A stretch of DNA of 39,283 nt. It comes from Nanobdellota archaeon (lineage in GTDB: Archaea; Nanobdellota; Nanobdellia; Pacearchaeales; GW2011-AR1). A program made the position numbers and the translations under genes. The notes beneath the pieces are model-generated. The model saw only the letters and a list, made by a program, of their open reading frames with translations, ran no database searches and was not told the origin of the DNA. How positions within the stretch are numbered: position 1 is the stretch's first letter; every line of letters starts with the position of its first letter. The DNA lies in the NCBI GenBank assembly GCA_027364705.1, contig DAHXOU010000048.1, forward strand, positions 1-39,283, given 5' to 3'. Of the stretch, positions 35,701 to 39,283 are shown in pieces.

Positions 35701-36752
35701 GTATCTTGAGAATGAGTTAAATTAGTTAAATAAATCTTAGACCAATTTTCAGAATTAATAACAGGGAAAGTCGCAATTAAATTAGTTCCATCTTTTTCAT
35801 AAACTTCAATAGTAGAATTGTTTCCCCTTGCATAAATTGTTATATCATTTTTATTAGTCAAATTTTTTTCAAAACTAACTCTAACATATTCATTTTGTTT
35901 TATCGTCTCACTCCAATTACTATCATTATATTTAACAGAATCATAAATATCCGAGATAAATTCTCTGCTCGAATTTAAATGAACGGCAGAAGAAATTTCA
36001 ATATAAAATTCAAAGATAATTGTATTGTATCCAACTTTGATTTTCTCGCCTATAAATTTGGAAAAATTTTTCTTGTCATAATCTGACAAATCAATATTAA
36101 AAACTCCTTCTTTAGATAAATCAACCTTATCATTTATTTTTGTTTTAGAACTTGTATTAACAGGATAGTCCTTAATATTATTGGCTGAATTTTTAAAAGA
36201 GTCTATCTTAGTTTGATTTTTTTCATCTTTAATATATTTTTCAATTACTTTGTCTAAACATTTATCATCTTTCTTTTTCTCGGTTTCAGGACAATCATTT
36301 ATATCTTTCAGCAAGGTTTCGTTTAATTTATATCTTACTTCAAATCTTGTTTCATTTATTTTGTTTATAGTATAAATAATGTAATTCTCAAATCCTTCTT
36401 GTTCTATTATTTTTAAATTCAAAATCCCCTGTTTATCTTTTATTTTATCTTCAAGAGATTTTGCATCAGTTAAACCAAAACTTGTTTTTCCTTCGAGAAT
36501 CTCATTTCCAAATTCATCAATTGCAAATCCTGAAATAGTCGGCTTGAAATAAAAAAATCCCGCAAGCAAAGATAAAACCAAAAACAAAATAACAAAGACA
36601 GATATTATCTTCGGAGAAATAATTTTTTTTCCTTTTACACTACTCTCTTTTCCAATATATTCTGTTACAACTTTTCCTTTTTCTTTATGATTAGAATAAG
36701 AATACGGACCGTAAACTTTTCCACCTTTTTTTATGTACCGATTGTAAACCAT
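23793..36752 (-). CDS. giant (4,319 aa) modular surface glycoprotein-like protein with N- and C-terminal TM anchors
   Basis: A single uninterrupted 12,960-nt ORF. Module order:
- a roughly 45-aa cytoplasmic N-terminus (YIKKGGKVYGPYSYSN...GKVVTEYIGK) and a TM (36550-36610)
- a K-rich unique domain
- 6-7 propeller-like repeats of about 48 aa
- a Cys-rich domain
- at least 7 'CWYSNDS' beta-sandwich modules
- a LamG/ConA-like domain
- three long near-identical repeats
- a unique region of about 490 aa
- a poly-Gly linker, an anchor module, a TM and the basic tail KRYKRIRNYIKEKIKR
N-x-S/T sequons occur throughout. Confidence 0.9.
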   Translation of the reverse strand: MVYNRYIKKGGKVYGPYSYSNHKEKGKVVTEYIGKESSVKGKKIISPKIISVFVILFLVLSLLAGFFYFKPTISGFAIDEFGNEILEGKTSFGLTDAKSLEDKIKDKQGILNLKIIEQEGFENYIIYTINKINETRFEVRYKLNETLLKDINDCPETEKKKDDKCLDKVIEKYIKDEKNQTKIDSFKNSANNIKDYPVNTSSKTKINDKVDLSKEGVFNIDLSDYDKKNFSKFIGEKIKVGYNTIIFEFYIEISSAVHLNSSREFISDIYDSVKYNDSNWSETIKQNEYVRVSFEKNLTNKNDITIYARGNNSTIEVYEKDGTNLIATFPVINSENWSKIYLTNLTHSQDTFDLKVSNNTEFDYIIDPTFSITDARPVALAPLTTNKFALAWCDKSVNDIIFKIYDTNGTNITGDITVDNSVYDCALNQLSVSAFNSTSFVVGYADNDAEDAMFAIYDSAGNQLVAPISADTAISYNSVVAVSAFNSTAFAIGWWDKADGDSTFAIYDSAGNQLVAPIDADTNVVASQSVSISAFNSTSFVFSWYNGSSIDLAIYDFAGNNLTNIINAVEPGTGSYTVTTSAFNSTAFVLGWQNFPQDDVAFKIYDSAGNNLTGDINAIDNLYGGYSTVSVAALNSTAFAISWFNLPADTFAVYTSGGTLLAGPINSTNNAITGYQYNAVASYSAATNIGFCSQNFIHAYDVNATGADWASYHSDGTAWDGICGGAVDNPPASILSRPANNNVTDLGVVTFECNATDDNNLKNVTLYVWNSSGGIITTNFTSWTGTTNSTTFTYNFSFYNSTKWNCLVYDNASQNAWGTNRSLNISAPTVYSVQITSPTTSSPLSVTSNENISVYFNFLQNSANITSGVTLNNLTIGGIFANLVTTAKNLNYTEKSCGVSCNQGSPLYCTNNILADSCTGASSCDGTDAVVDLWLNGTSFHPTDKINVTMAVRCDGVGDEVKIWYYNGSVWNEEFYDATCDYPGTVGNYSINVNITSSNATQYIRGQVTFGTLNGSNQCYNGTFGDDDDINFSVVAETTNQYGYVIGKGWEANVTVPTGLTGLQDLFVNATYSSYTRTDTETGAINYVADTTAPNINITSPTNGTNSSNAGLNINYTASDLNLQSCWYSNDSYSANTTLANCQTNITTIIWAQGNHNVTIWANDSAGNINSSSVTFNIDSIYPLFSNYYDNNASILDSGIGLFNVTVVNTNGTVWLEIDGTNITAKNLTANVYNASHTFTVGGTYAYRWWAYSNGTLHNYNKSDERSYIVNVTDVSPNINFTNPTPSNGSTQSGNSIYVNVSTSDASDHSTFLDFNRTLMGWWSFDFYNTTGVYDNSSYNNFGTFQGTSTSNIVTGIRGKGMQFNGVNNSISVPDSSLSGFTNGLTVSLWIKSNTTNDVPIADFSGTSGGYGIYCDGNWYTANGSAFLPVDAGRLTDNSWHMYTLIWNITNLISYRDGNLLASANGVGSLFPSASLTLGVDNRGPAPCAYFNGSLDDVLIFSRALSSSEISSLYNTSAYQYRNNFTNLTNANYNFTAYAIDSSGNLNKTETRIVTVGITSDTTPPYFTAIPANASLNYLQALDVDFNASDETAFGFYAVNDTRFTINSSGGLKNNTILGVAVYLINITINDSSNNLNSTIYQVNVSKIAPTLTYSINSQLNNISITYPQQVNASASTTGGTVKLYRNDVDVTTENGLNQTLGAANYTYIFNVTGNQNYSNIALVTMTINVSQNTSSKIYTYLNNSRNNITIYNNTAIWLNATLFNATGTIYLYKNGTLINSGNSPLSNLTSFNGTGLYNITAIYPSNTNYSGSSETWYVNVTPPDTIKPNINITYPVNGTNSSNINLNVNYTVSDNIAISSCWYSNDSYSVNTTLSNCANLTTIVWSQGKHNVTIWTNDTSNNLNSSFVSFNIDSIGPVCTLLNRTPSNLVDNSTGVLTVIMNCTDINGVNLTKLGDHYAFFITRTVDAFVLAAGIPNYWSNRYPNNSLGVVGNLTPPYKIWRALGRNEGYWYDSITTLNKTCEGINPCYNILNDTFSYAIEDGEYGHFTITAENTANTSVIINYTHPAVDVAAFRQSVYLSYESMVKESKKNYTIRNNNYLLMKRFDAEAYRNTQNYTMNSFRNLAVTGAPSKTFRAFYCNSSYNPAGSVQVINSPNCALINSLTSTEINNRIFTDRNSSYSKGTYGIINGHFGGIKATAEFYIEYESPETAAGKSYELRYANGTTNTDVPFNQTNVAWITTNGGTTWVQANFTPDVFTTSTRSANDEFDFGYYATDMYGNAGYNFSLVRDEITPTNHPISYPIVLEYNNSALNYDINLNGTHKGIMQIKIGCAKDPDSVGNVTHNLTLRNTDGTWNYTINGSFLCPNDLDLWINFNTSLVPDGKYRTNITAYSGDNSADVKSRITDRNFTIDNTQPAISITTPLNNSNSSNVNLDVNYTLSDITSSISSCWYSNDSYSVNTTLSNCVNLTTIVWSDGYHNVTIWANDTVNNVNKSSVSFRIDSLPPYFTNLQTQTIADNQTLNYDINAVDDGVGLGSFAINWTTNFSIVASTGVLSNSTHLSAGTYYINVSVNDTLGNLNSSVLQISVTSTADTTPPYFTTIPANASLNYLQALNVIFSAADETAFGTYAVNDTRFTINSSGGLKNNTILGVALYLINITINDSSNNLNSTIYQVNVSKIAPTLTYSINSQLNNISITYPQQVNASASTTGGTVKLYRNDVDVTTENGLNQTLGVTNYTYIFNVTGNQNYSNIASVTMTINISQNTSSKIYTYLNNSRNNITIYNNTAIWLNATLFNSTGTIYLYKNNTLINSGNSPLSNLTSFNGTGLYNITAIYPSNTNYSGSSETWYVNVTSTADTTPPYFTAIPANASLNYLQALDVDFNASDETAFGFYSVNDTRFTINSSGGLKNNTILGVALYLINITINDSSNNLNSTIYQVNVSKIASQTSLTFDKTNPQSYPNAITPTCSVISGQGTTTLTNGTSGSQIVLGVGNWTFNCSLASSQNYTESSNTTIFNITQNTTYVLSLAITPSTIVTYPTETTATGSGCPSELICNLSLNTSGIVANPHVITLGVGVYNYTYNSTGNENYSIMTTSSILTVAQNTSSKIYTYLNNSRNNITIYNNTAIWLNATLFNVTGTIYLYKNNTLINSGNSPLSNLTSFNGTGLYNITAIYPSNTNYSGSSETWYVNVTAIADSTNPIVNIIYPVPKFNSSNTGLNINYTASDNVAISACWYSNDSMSLNIPLANCANITTVTWAEGPHNITIWANDTTNNLGSASVNFTIDTINPEINITSLVNGTNSSNVNLDINYTVSDLHLTGCWYSNDSYSVNTTLSNCANLTSIVWSQGYHNVTIWANDSAGNENSSSVSFSIDTTKPAISITYPTTNNTNSSNTGLNINYTVSDVHLSTCWYSNDSMSLNITLANCGTNITTVVWSQGRHNVTIWVNDTVNNFNQTGVNFTIDSLPPYFTNLANQTLIEGQSLNYDINANDTGVGLGSFAINWTTKFTIVSSTGILTNSSALALGLYDINVSVNDTLGNLNSSVITLNVSVAADLVNPLINILSPVNTTYATTTISFNLSSNENLSSCLFSINNWATNYTMDLNASLTGTNYTNSTMGQGSYIARFWCNDTSNNINNSEYVSFFIDSVYPEINMSYPQNTSYNSNVSTLNYTYTEINPVLCWYSLNGGANSTPVSCGTNWTGLTSNEGSNTWIVYINDSAGNKNSSSVTFFKDSINSVISYGTGTLANGTTSKNDWIYVNVSVDEINEDTITFLLYNTSGEFNSTSYTDSTRTINWTGLSDGTYYYNVTVNDTLNNKNSTQTRTIIINTTLEITLIAPINNSGDNDGNISFVYSIDGTGIVSNCSLMFNNSINQTNLTITKAENMNFYLNNLPPGRYNWSVNCTQNNNTVIEGEQRIFSVVITNYFSGTTTNLSDLNVTNITNLVLQAPTYGEINFSQDINLENGTDIDASVNISFNRIEVNTTILPELNKTARLYFYGLSFSNPRPLKNGVVCTTCTEVSYSGGTFVYDVTGFSIYSSEETPVTPVTTPSGGGGGGSTFIEQNNFTLSPKIYQRTIILNRIEFGEIEIYNERNTETTFSIGVESVGNIISILNSTIRLNPGETKKAKFRIDSPTSTGIYTGKIIVTAGATRREIPVIINVRTEKSLFDITLSIPKSDKIVNSGEDLKMQINLLQMGVKENMDVQLNYLIKDFNGKVYLTESETIAVYNQKSFTKQFNTKDFVNGDYVVGVELIYPGGVAVASSQFAIMDKAERDYRKIVILSIISALIIISAILFIVIKRYKRIRNYIKEKIKR
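26350..27165 (-). repeat. three tandem ~85-90-aa 'CWYSNDS' beta-sandwich modules (further copies at ~33200-33480, ~31000-31285, ~29250-29520, ~25540-25800)
   Basis: Each module reads 'NI(T/S)..P.NGTNSSN..LN(I/V)NYT(A/V)SD....(S/A/G/T)CWYSNDS(Y/M)S.N(T/I).L(A/S)NC.N(I/L)T(T/S)..W.(Q/E)G.HN(V/I)TIWAND(S/T)..N.....V.F.ID(S/T)'. I located the copies by the recurring antisense DNA string tcat(t/ta)gaatacca(g/a)ca. Confidence 0.8.
27166..28177 (-). repeat. long intragenic repeat copy R3 (mosaic: R1-like first ~270 nt, divergent ~465-nt centre, R1/R2-like last ~275 nt)
   Basis: 28081-28177 is essentially identical to 31978-32074 of R1, closer than R2 is to either. The centre (about 27440-27905) encodes different sequence (SQTSLTFDK...TVAQNTS). 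27166-27440 again matches the R1/R2 C-terminal part. Confidence 0.8.
28186..28972 (-). repeat. long intragenic repeat copy R2 (787 nt)
   Basis: It has the same module as R1, and both ends match at offset 3,102. It is directly followed in protein order by R3, so R2 and R3 are tandem. Confidence 0.85.
31288..32074 (-). repeat. long intragenic repeat copy R1 (787 nt, ~262 aa: DTTPPYFT...SKIAPT...SKIYTYLNNS...WYVNVT)
   Basis: It aligns without indels to 28186-28972 at a constant offset of 3,102 nt. I estimate about 90% nt identity by eye. Confidence 0.85.
32200..32800 (-). other. LamG / concanavalin-A-like lectin (Laminin_G_3-like) domain of the giant protein
   Basis: 'LMGWWSFDF...YDNSSYNNFGTFQGT...GIRGKGMQFNGVNNSISVPDS...GLTVSLWIK...WHMYTLIW...LISYRDGNL...YFNGSLDDVLIFSRALSSSEISSLY' is the classic Laminin_G_3 pattern. 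Confidence 0.75.
34600..35640 (-). repeat. 6-7 tandem ~48-aa repeats (possible beta-propeller) inside the giant gene
   Basis: The recurring unit is 'S-x-SAFNST(S/A)F-x-x-x-W...(F/A)-x-IYDS(A)GN-x-L-x-x-x-I'. At the DNA level, the string ggtgcaactaattggtttcctgcagaatcatatatcgc occurs twice (about 35205-35242 and 35352-35390). Confidence 0.6.
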
Positions 36753-36791
36753 TCAACCCCTCTAAATTAAAAAAATAATGGTAGTGTAACT

Positions 36792-36799
36792 ATTTAAAT
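36792..36799 (-). promoter_or_regulatory. TATA box (ATTTAAAT) and downstream SD-like GAGGGG (36757-36762) for the giant gene
   Basis: The TATA lies about 43 nt upstream of the ATG (36752), which predicts a short leader containing GAGGGG 4 nt before the ATG. It sits in the 68-nt gap after the upstream gene's stop. Confidence 0.35.
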
Positions 36800-36820
36800 G
36801 TTTTTTACCGAGGAGAACTA

Positions 36821-39283
36821 TTAATGAAATTCATACGCACCAATGTCCCAAGCAGAACCTTGTGGACGAGAAATTCCATCTGCATCAGAATCAACAACAC
36901 CCGCAAGATTTGATCCTGCATTAATTGCTGGACTACTTGAAATTAAATGATAATTTGCAGTTCCAAAAATTGAAGTAGGATTAACAAAAATACTTCCTAA
37001 ATTAAGCACCTGACTTTCTCCAGTTTTAAGAGTGTAGATTCCCAATCCAGAAGTATAAATATTATTTGAAGTAACATATTTTGAATCTGATTCTTGATGA
37101 GGAGTTGACATAATATTATTTCTTAAAATAGCAGAAGTCGCTACTTTTGAAAGATGAGGTAATGTCAAAAGACTAGAACCCTGAGCATAAGTACTTAACA
37201 AAACATTGTTATAAGCTTCAAAAGTATAAATTGTAGTCCAGAAAGATAAAGGAGCTGAATCCTCTAAACCGTATAATACATTATTTTTTATTTCTACATT
37301 ATTGACGTAATTAAAAGCCATTGGTCTTACATTAAATATTATATTTCTGTTAGCATAAACATTATTGATATAACTGGTAGCATCTCCATAAAATGCAACG
37401 CCATTGGTATGAACTCCTTCAAATCCATAAATCTTATTATCATCAAAAGTAATGTCTCCACCCCAAGTATTAATTAAAATACCTGAATTTGACCTAGTCA
37501 TAGTATTATTTCTTATTATTCCGGATCCAGAGGATAAATAAATAACTCGAGTATCCTTTACACTACTGATATAATTATTTTCGACTAATGAGTCACCATC
37601 CAGAAAAATCATACCAGAAAGTCCGCCACCTATACTTTGAATAAGATTATTTTTTATTTCAATTCCTGTTCCCATACGAAATCCGTTCCCCCAATAATTC
37701 TGAATTTTAAATCCATCAATAACAACATCGTGACTCGTTGGAGAATAAAATGCATCTTCTAAAGAAGCAATACTAATTGGAAAAGTAGAAATATCTTTCT
37801 TTGGCCAGATATAAACACGTCTGGTTGATTCATCATAATAGAATTCCCCTGCTCTCTCAAAGATAGAACTTAGATTGCTATTCATTATTGAATAATTGGT
37901 AGTCGGATAAAGAATACTGCAAACACTTGAAGGGAAAGTTATAGTATTTGGAGCAGTGTATCCAGAAATTTTTATGTGATTAACAACATTATTATCACAC
38001 CATAATGCAACATAACTTCCGATTAAATTAGCTCCGCCAAGAGCAGATAAAGCAGGATCAGTTAATTGAATAGTTGTAGTATTACTTACAACATTACTCG
38101 TCGATAAATAATGAGTTATATCTCCGTAATAAAAAGGGTCAATCATATTTGGATGTTGAGACATAAATAAAAAATCACCGTCTTGGTAAAGACTAAGATC
38201 CCACGCAGAACTAATTCCATAAGAAGATAAATCCATGTACCAAAGATTATTGTAATTCGGATTATTCAAACAACCAGATTGACTTGTACATCTAACAAAT
38301 CCAGAAAGTTGTTGAGAGCCATCAAGAATTGCTCCTTGTCTGACCAAAGATTGGATTTTTATTTTATTACTTGCTGTTCCGGAATTAATACCATTAATCG
38401 CCTCTCGGTATATTCCTGGTTGAACAAGAATAGTATCTCCTGCAGCAGCAAGACCAACTGCATTTCTTATACTACACCAAGGACGTGTTAAATTATTTTG
38501 TGCTTTGGTATAACTATCACTGCAGGTTCCAGATAAATTATTTTTATCGACGTAATAAGAATTTGTTATTTGCATAACACAAGTTCTTGCAACACAGTTA
38601 TAACCCGCTTGACATCCTCCTCCGTAATTTCCACAATTAACAGTTCCACAAGTTCCATTTGATGCAGTTCCACAATTGAAAGAACCACAAGGATTTGCCG
38701 TCGGTGTACAACTTGCAGAGAAGCATTGGCCTGTTGCATTACAAGTTTGTCCTCCAGAACAAGTTCCACAACTCATTGTTCCACAAGTTCCATTATTCCA
38801 AGTTCCACAATTCTTTCCTAATGCTATACAAGTTGTTGGTGTACAACTTCCAACAGGAGGAATTTCAATTCTTTTCCCAGTTCTTACATTAAAGCTGTCT
38901 GCAATATTTCCAAGATTCTCTTCACCATTGTTTGAACTAAAAATCGGAACAATTGAAATTGTAACTAAAGTTGAAACATTCATCGACAAATGAAAAACAA
39001 ATCTTCTCTCACCAAGTTGAACCAAATTAACATCTTCAGTAACAATTTCAGTATTTGAATTGTTATAGAAAACAAATTTCATTCCAACCAAATTTCCTTC
39101 GCCGACATTTCTCTTTACAGACATGGTAACATTGTTGGAGGAGTTATCTATATTCACTCCTTTAATTTCTGTGCTCAAAGTTAATTTTTCTAATCCAATA
39201 TTCTGCGAACTGTTCTGAATTAAATTATTTATAACAACCCAGAAGATTCCGATAGCAACTAAAGAAATCAAAATTATAATCAG
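36821..39283 (-). CDS. 5'-truncated secreted protein: pilin-like hydrophobic N-terminus, beta domain, two Cys-knot repeats and a right-handed parallel beta-helix (DUF1565/pectate-lyase-like)
   Basis: The ORF is open to the window edge: the codons upstream of the track's TTG read L-I-I-I-L. Domains in order:
- 'LISLVAIGIFWVVINNLIQNS' hydrophobic helix
- Cys repeats 'CGTWNNGTCGTMSCGTCSGGQTCNATGQC' and 'CGSFNCGTASNGTCGTVNCGNYGGGCQAGYNC'
- beta-helix N-cap 'YYVDKNN...RPWCSIRNAVGLAAAGDTILVQPGIYRE'
- repeated 'I(R/K/E)NN' rungs
- C-terminal 'DSDADGISRPQGSAWDIGAYEF'. Confidence 0.75.
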   Translation of the reverse strand: MIIILISLVAIGIFWVVINNLIQNSSQNIGLEKLTLSTEIKGVNIDNSSNNVTMSVKRNVGEGNLVGMKFVFYNNSNTEIVTEDVNLVQLGERRFVFHLSMNVSTLVTISIVPIFSSNNGEENLGNIADSFNVRTGKRIEIPPVGSCTPTTCIALGKNCGTWNNGTCGTMSCGTCSGGQTCNATGQCFSASCTPTANPCGSFNCGTASNGTCGTVNCGNYGGGCQAGYNCVARTCVMQITNSYYVDKNNLSGTCSDSYTKAQNNLTRPWCSIRNAVGLAAAGDTILVQPGIYREAINGINSGTASNKIKIQSLVRQGAILDGSQQLSGFVRCTSQSGCLNNPNYNNLWYMDLSSYGISSAWDLSLYQDGDFLFMSQHPNMIDPFYYGDITHYLSTSNVVSNTTTIQLTDPALSALGGANLIGSYVALWCDNNVVNHIKISGYTAPNTITFPSSVCSILYPTTNYSIMNSNLSSIFERAGEFYYDESTRRVYIWPKKDISTFPISIASLEDAFYSPTSHDVVIDGFKIQNYWGNGFRMGTGIEIKNNLIQSIGGGLSGMIFLDGDSLVENNYISSVKDTRVIYLSSGSGIIRNNTMTRSNSGILINTWGGDITFDDNKIYGFEGVHTNGVAFYGDATSYINNVYANRNIIFNVRPMAFNYVNNVEIKNNVLYGLEDSAPLSFWTTIYTFEAYNNVLLSTYAQGSSLLTLPHLSKVATSAILRNNIMSTPHQESDSKYVTSNNIYTSGLGIYTLKTGESQVLNLGSIFVNPTSIFGTANYHLISSSPAINAGSNLAGVVDSDADGISRPQGSAWDIGAYEFH
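38570..38860 (-). repeat. two tandem Cys/Gly/Thr-rich knot-like repeats in the beta-helix protein
   Basis: 'SCTPTTCIALGKNCGTWNNGTCGTMSCGTCSGGQTCNATGQC' and 'SCTPTANPCGSFNCGTASNGTCGTVNCGNYGGGCQAGYNCVARTC' share the spacing CTPT...CG(T/S)(W/F)N.GT(A)..GTCGT(M/V).CG. Confidence 0.7.

Noticed and set aside
23793-36752. Short ORFs inside the giant gene from the track (26842-27078 +, 29885-30088 - in another frame, 33732-33950 +)
   Set aside because: They lie entirely within a 12,960-nt uninterrupted ORF with clear domain structure. Their translations are low-complexity (I/F/L-rich or Q/L/M-rich), as expected for antisense or off-frame reads of N/S/T-rich coding sequence.
1-39283. Alternative genetic code, selenocysteine/pyrrolysine recoding or programmed frameshifts
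   Set aside because: All conserved genes (infB, eif2g, gyrA, gyrB, ABC) are full-length and uninterrupted under the standard code. I saw no in-frame stops inside recognisable domains.

Overview
AT-rich, gene-dense fragment that reads as archaeal, probably DPANN-like. That placement is an inference from archaeal translation genes (aIF5B, S6e, aIF2-gamma) sitting next to a bacterial-type DNA gyrase, many 1-4 nt gene overlaps, TATA boxes about 25 nt upstream of start codons, and a giant surface-protein gene. All family names come from motif recognition by eye; no searches were run.

Layout from left to right:
- 1-2.2 kb: a truncated Dph2 fragment, a small membrane protein and a DUF362/ferredoxin gene.
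- 2.2-12 kb: infB, then a 5.7 kb accessory block, then rps6e, an unknown gene, eif2g and a micro-ORF. The accessory block holds a trypco2-like small protein convergent with a TM protein, a CDGSH Fe-S protein, a COG1361-like surface protein and a MacB/FtsX-type ABC exporter.
- 12-15.8 kb: a TIM-barrel protein, a secreted Cys-rich protein, an HTH-like protein, a solo Cas4-like PD-(D/E)XK nuclease and a small ORF.
- 15.9-21.6 kb: a translationally coupled operon, gyrB / SIS(GmhA-like) / DUF1653 / acidic Zn-ribbon / gyrA. GyrA carries a roughly 65-aa poly-acidic N-terminal extension.
- 21.7-39.3 kb, all on the minus strand: a K/R-rich winged-helix protein, a 395-aa membrane protein, an uninterrupted 12,960-nt gene (4,319 aa) and a 5'-truncated pilin-like/Cys-knot/beta-helix protein. 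The 395-aa protein is a paralog of the giant protein's C-terminal anchor module. The giant protein is a doubly TM-anchored, sequon-saturated modular surface protein.

I consider this surface locus the most interesting and least explained system in the window. I found no rRNA, tRNA, CRISPR array or recognisable transposase.
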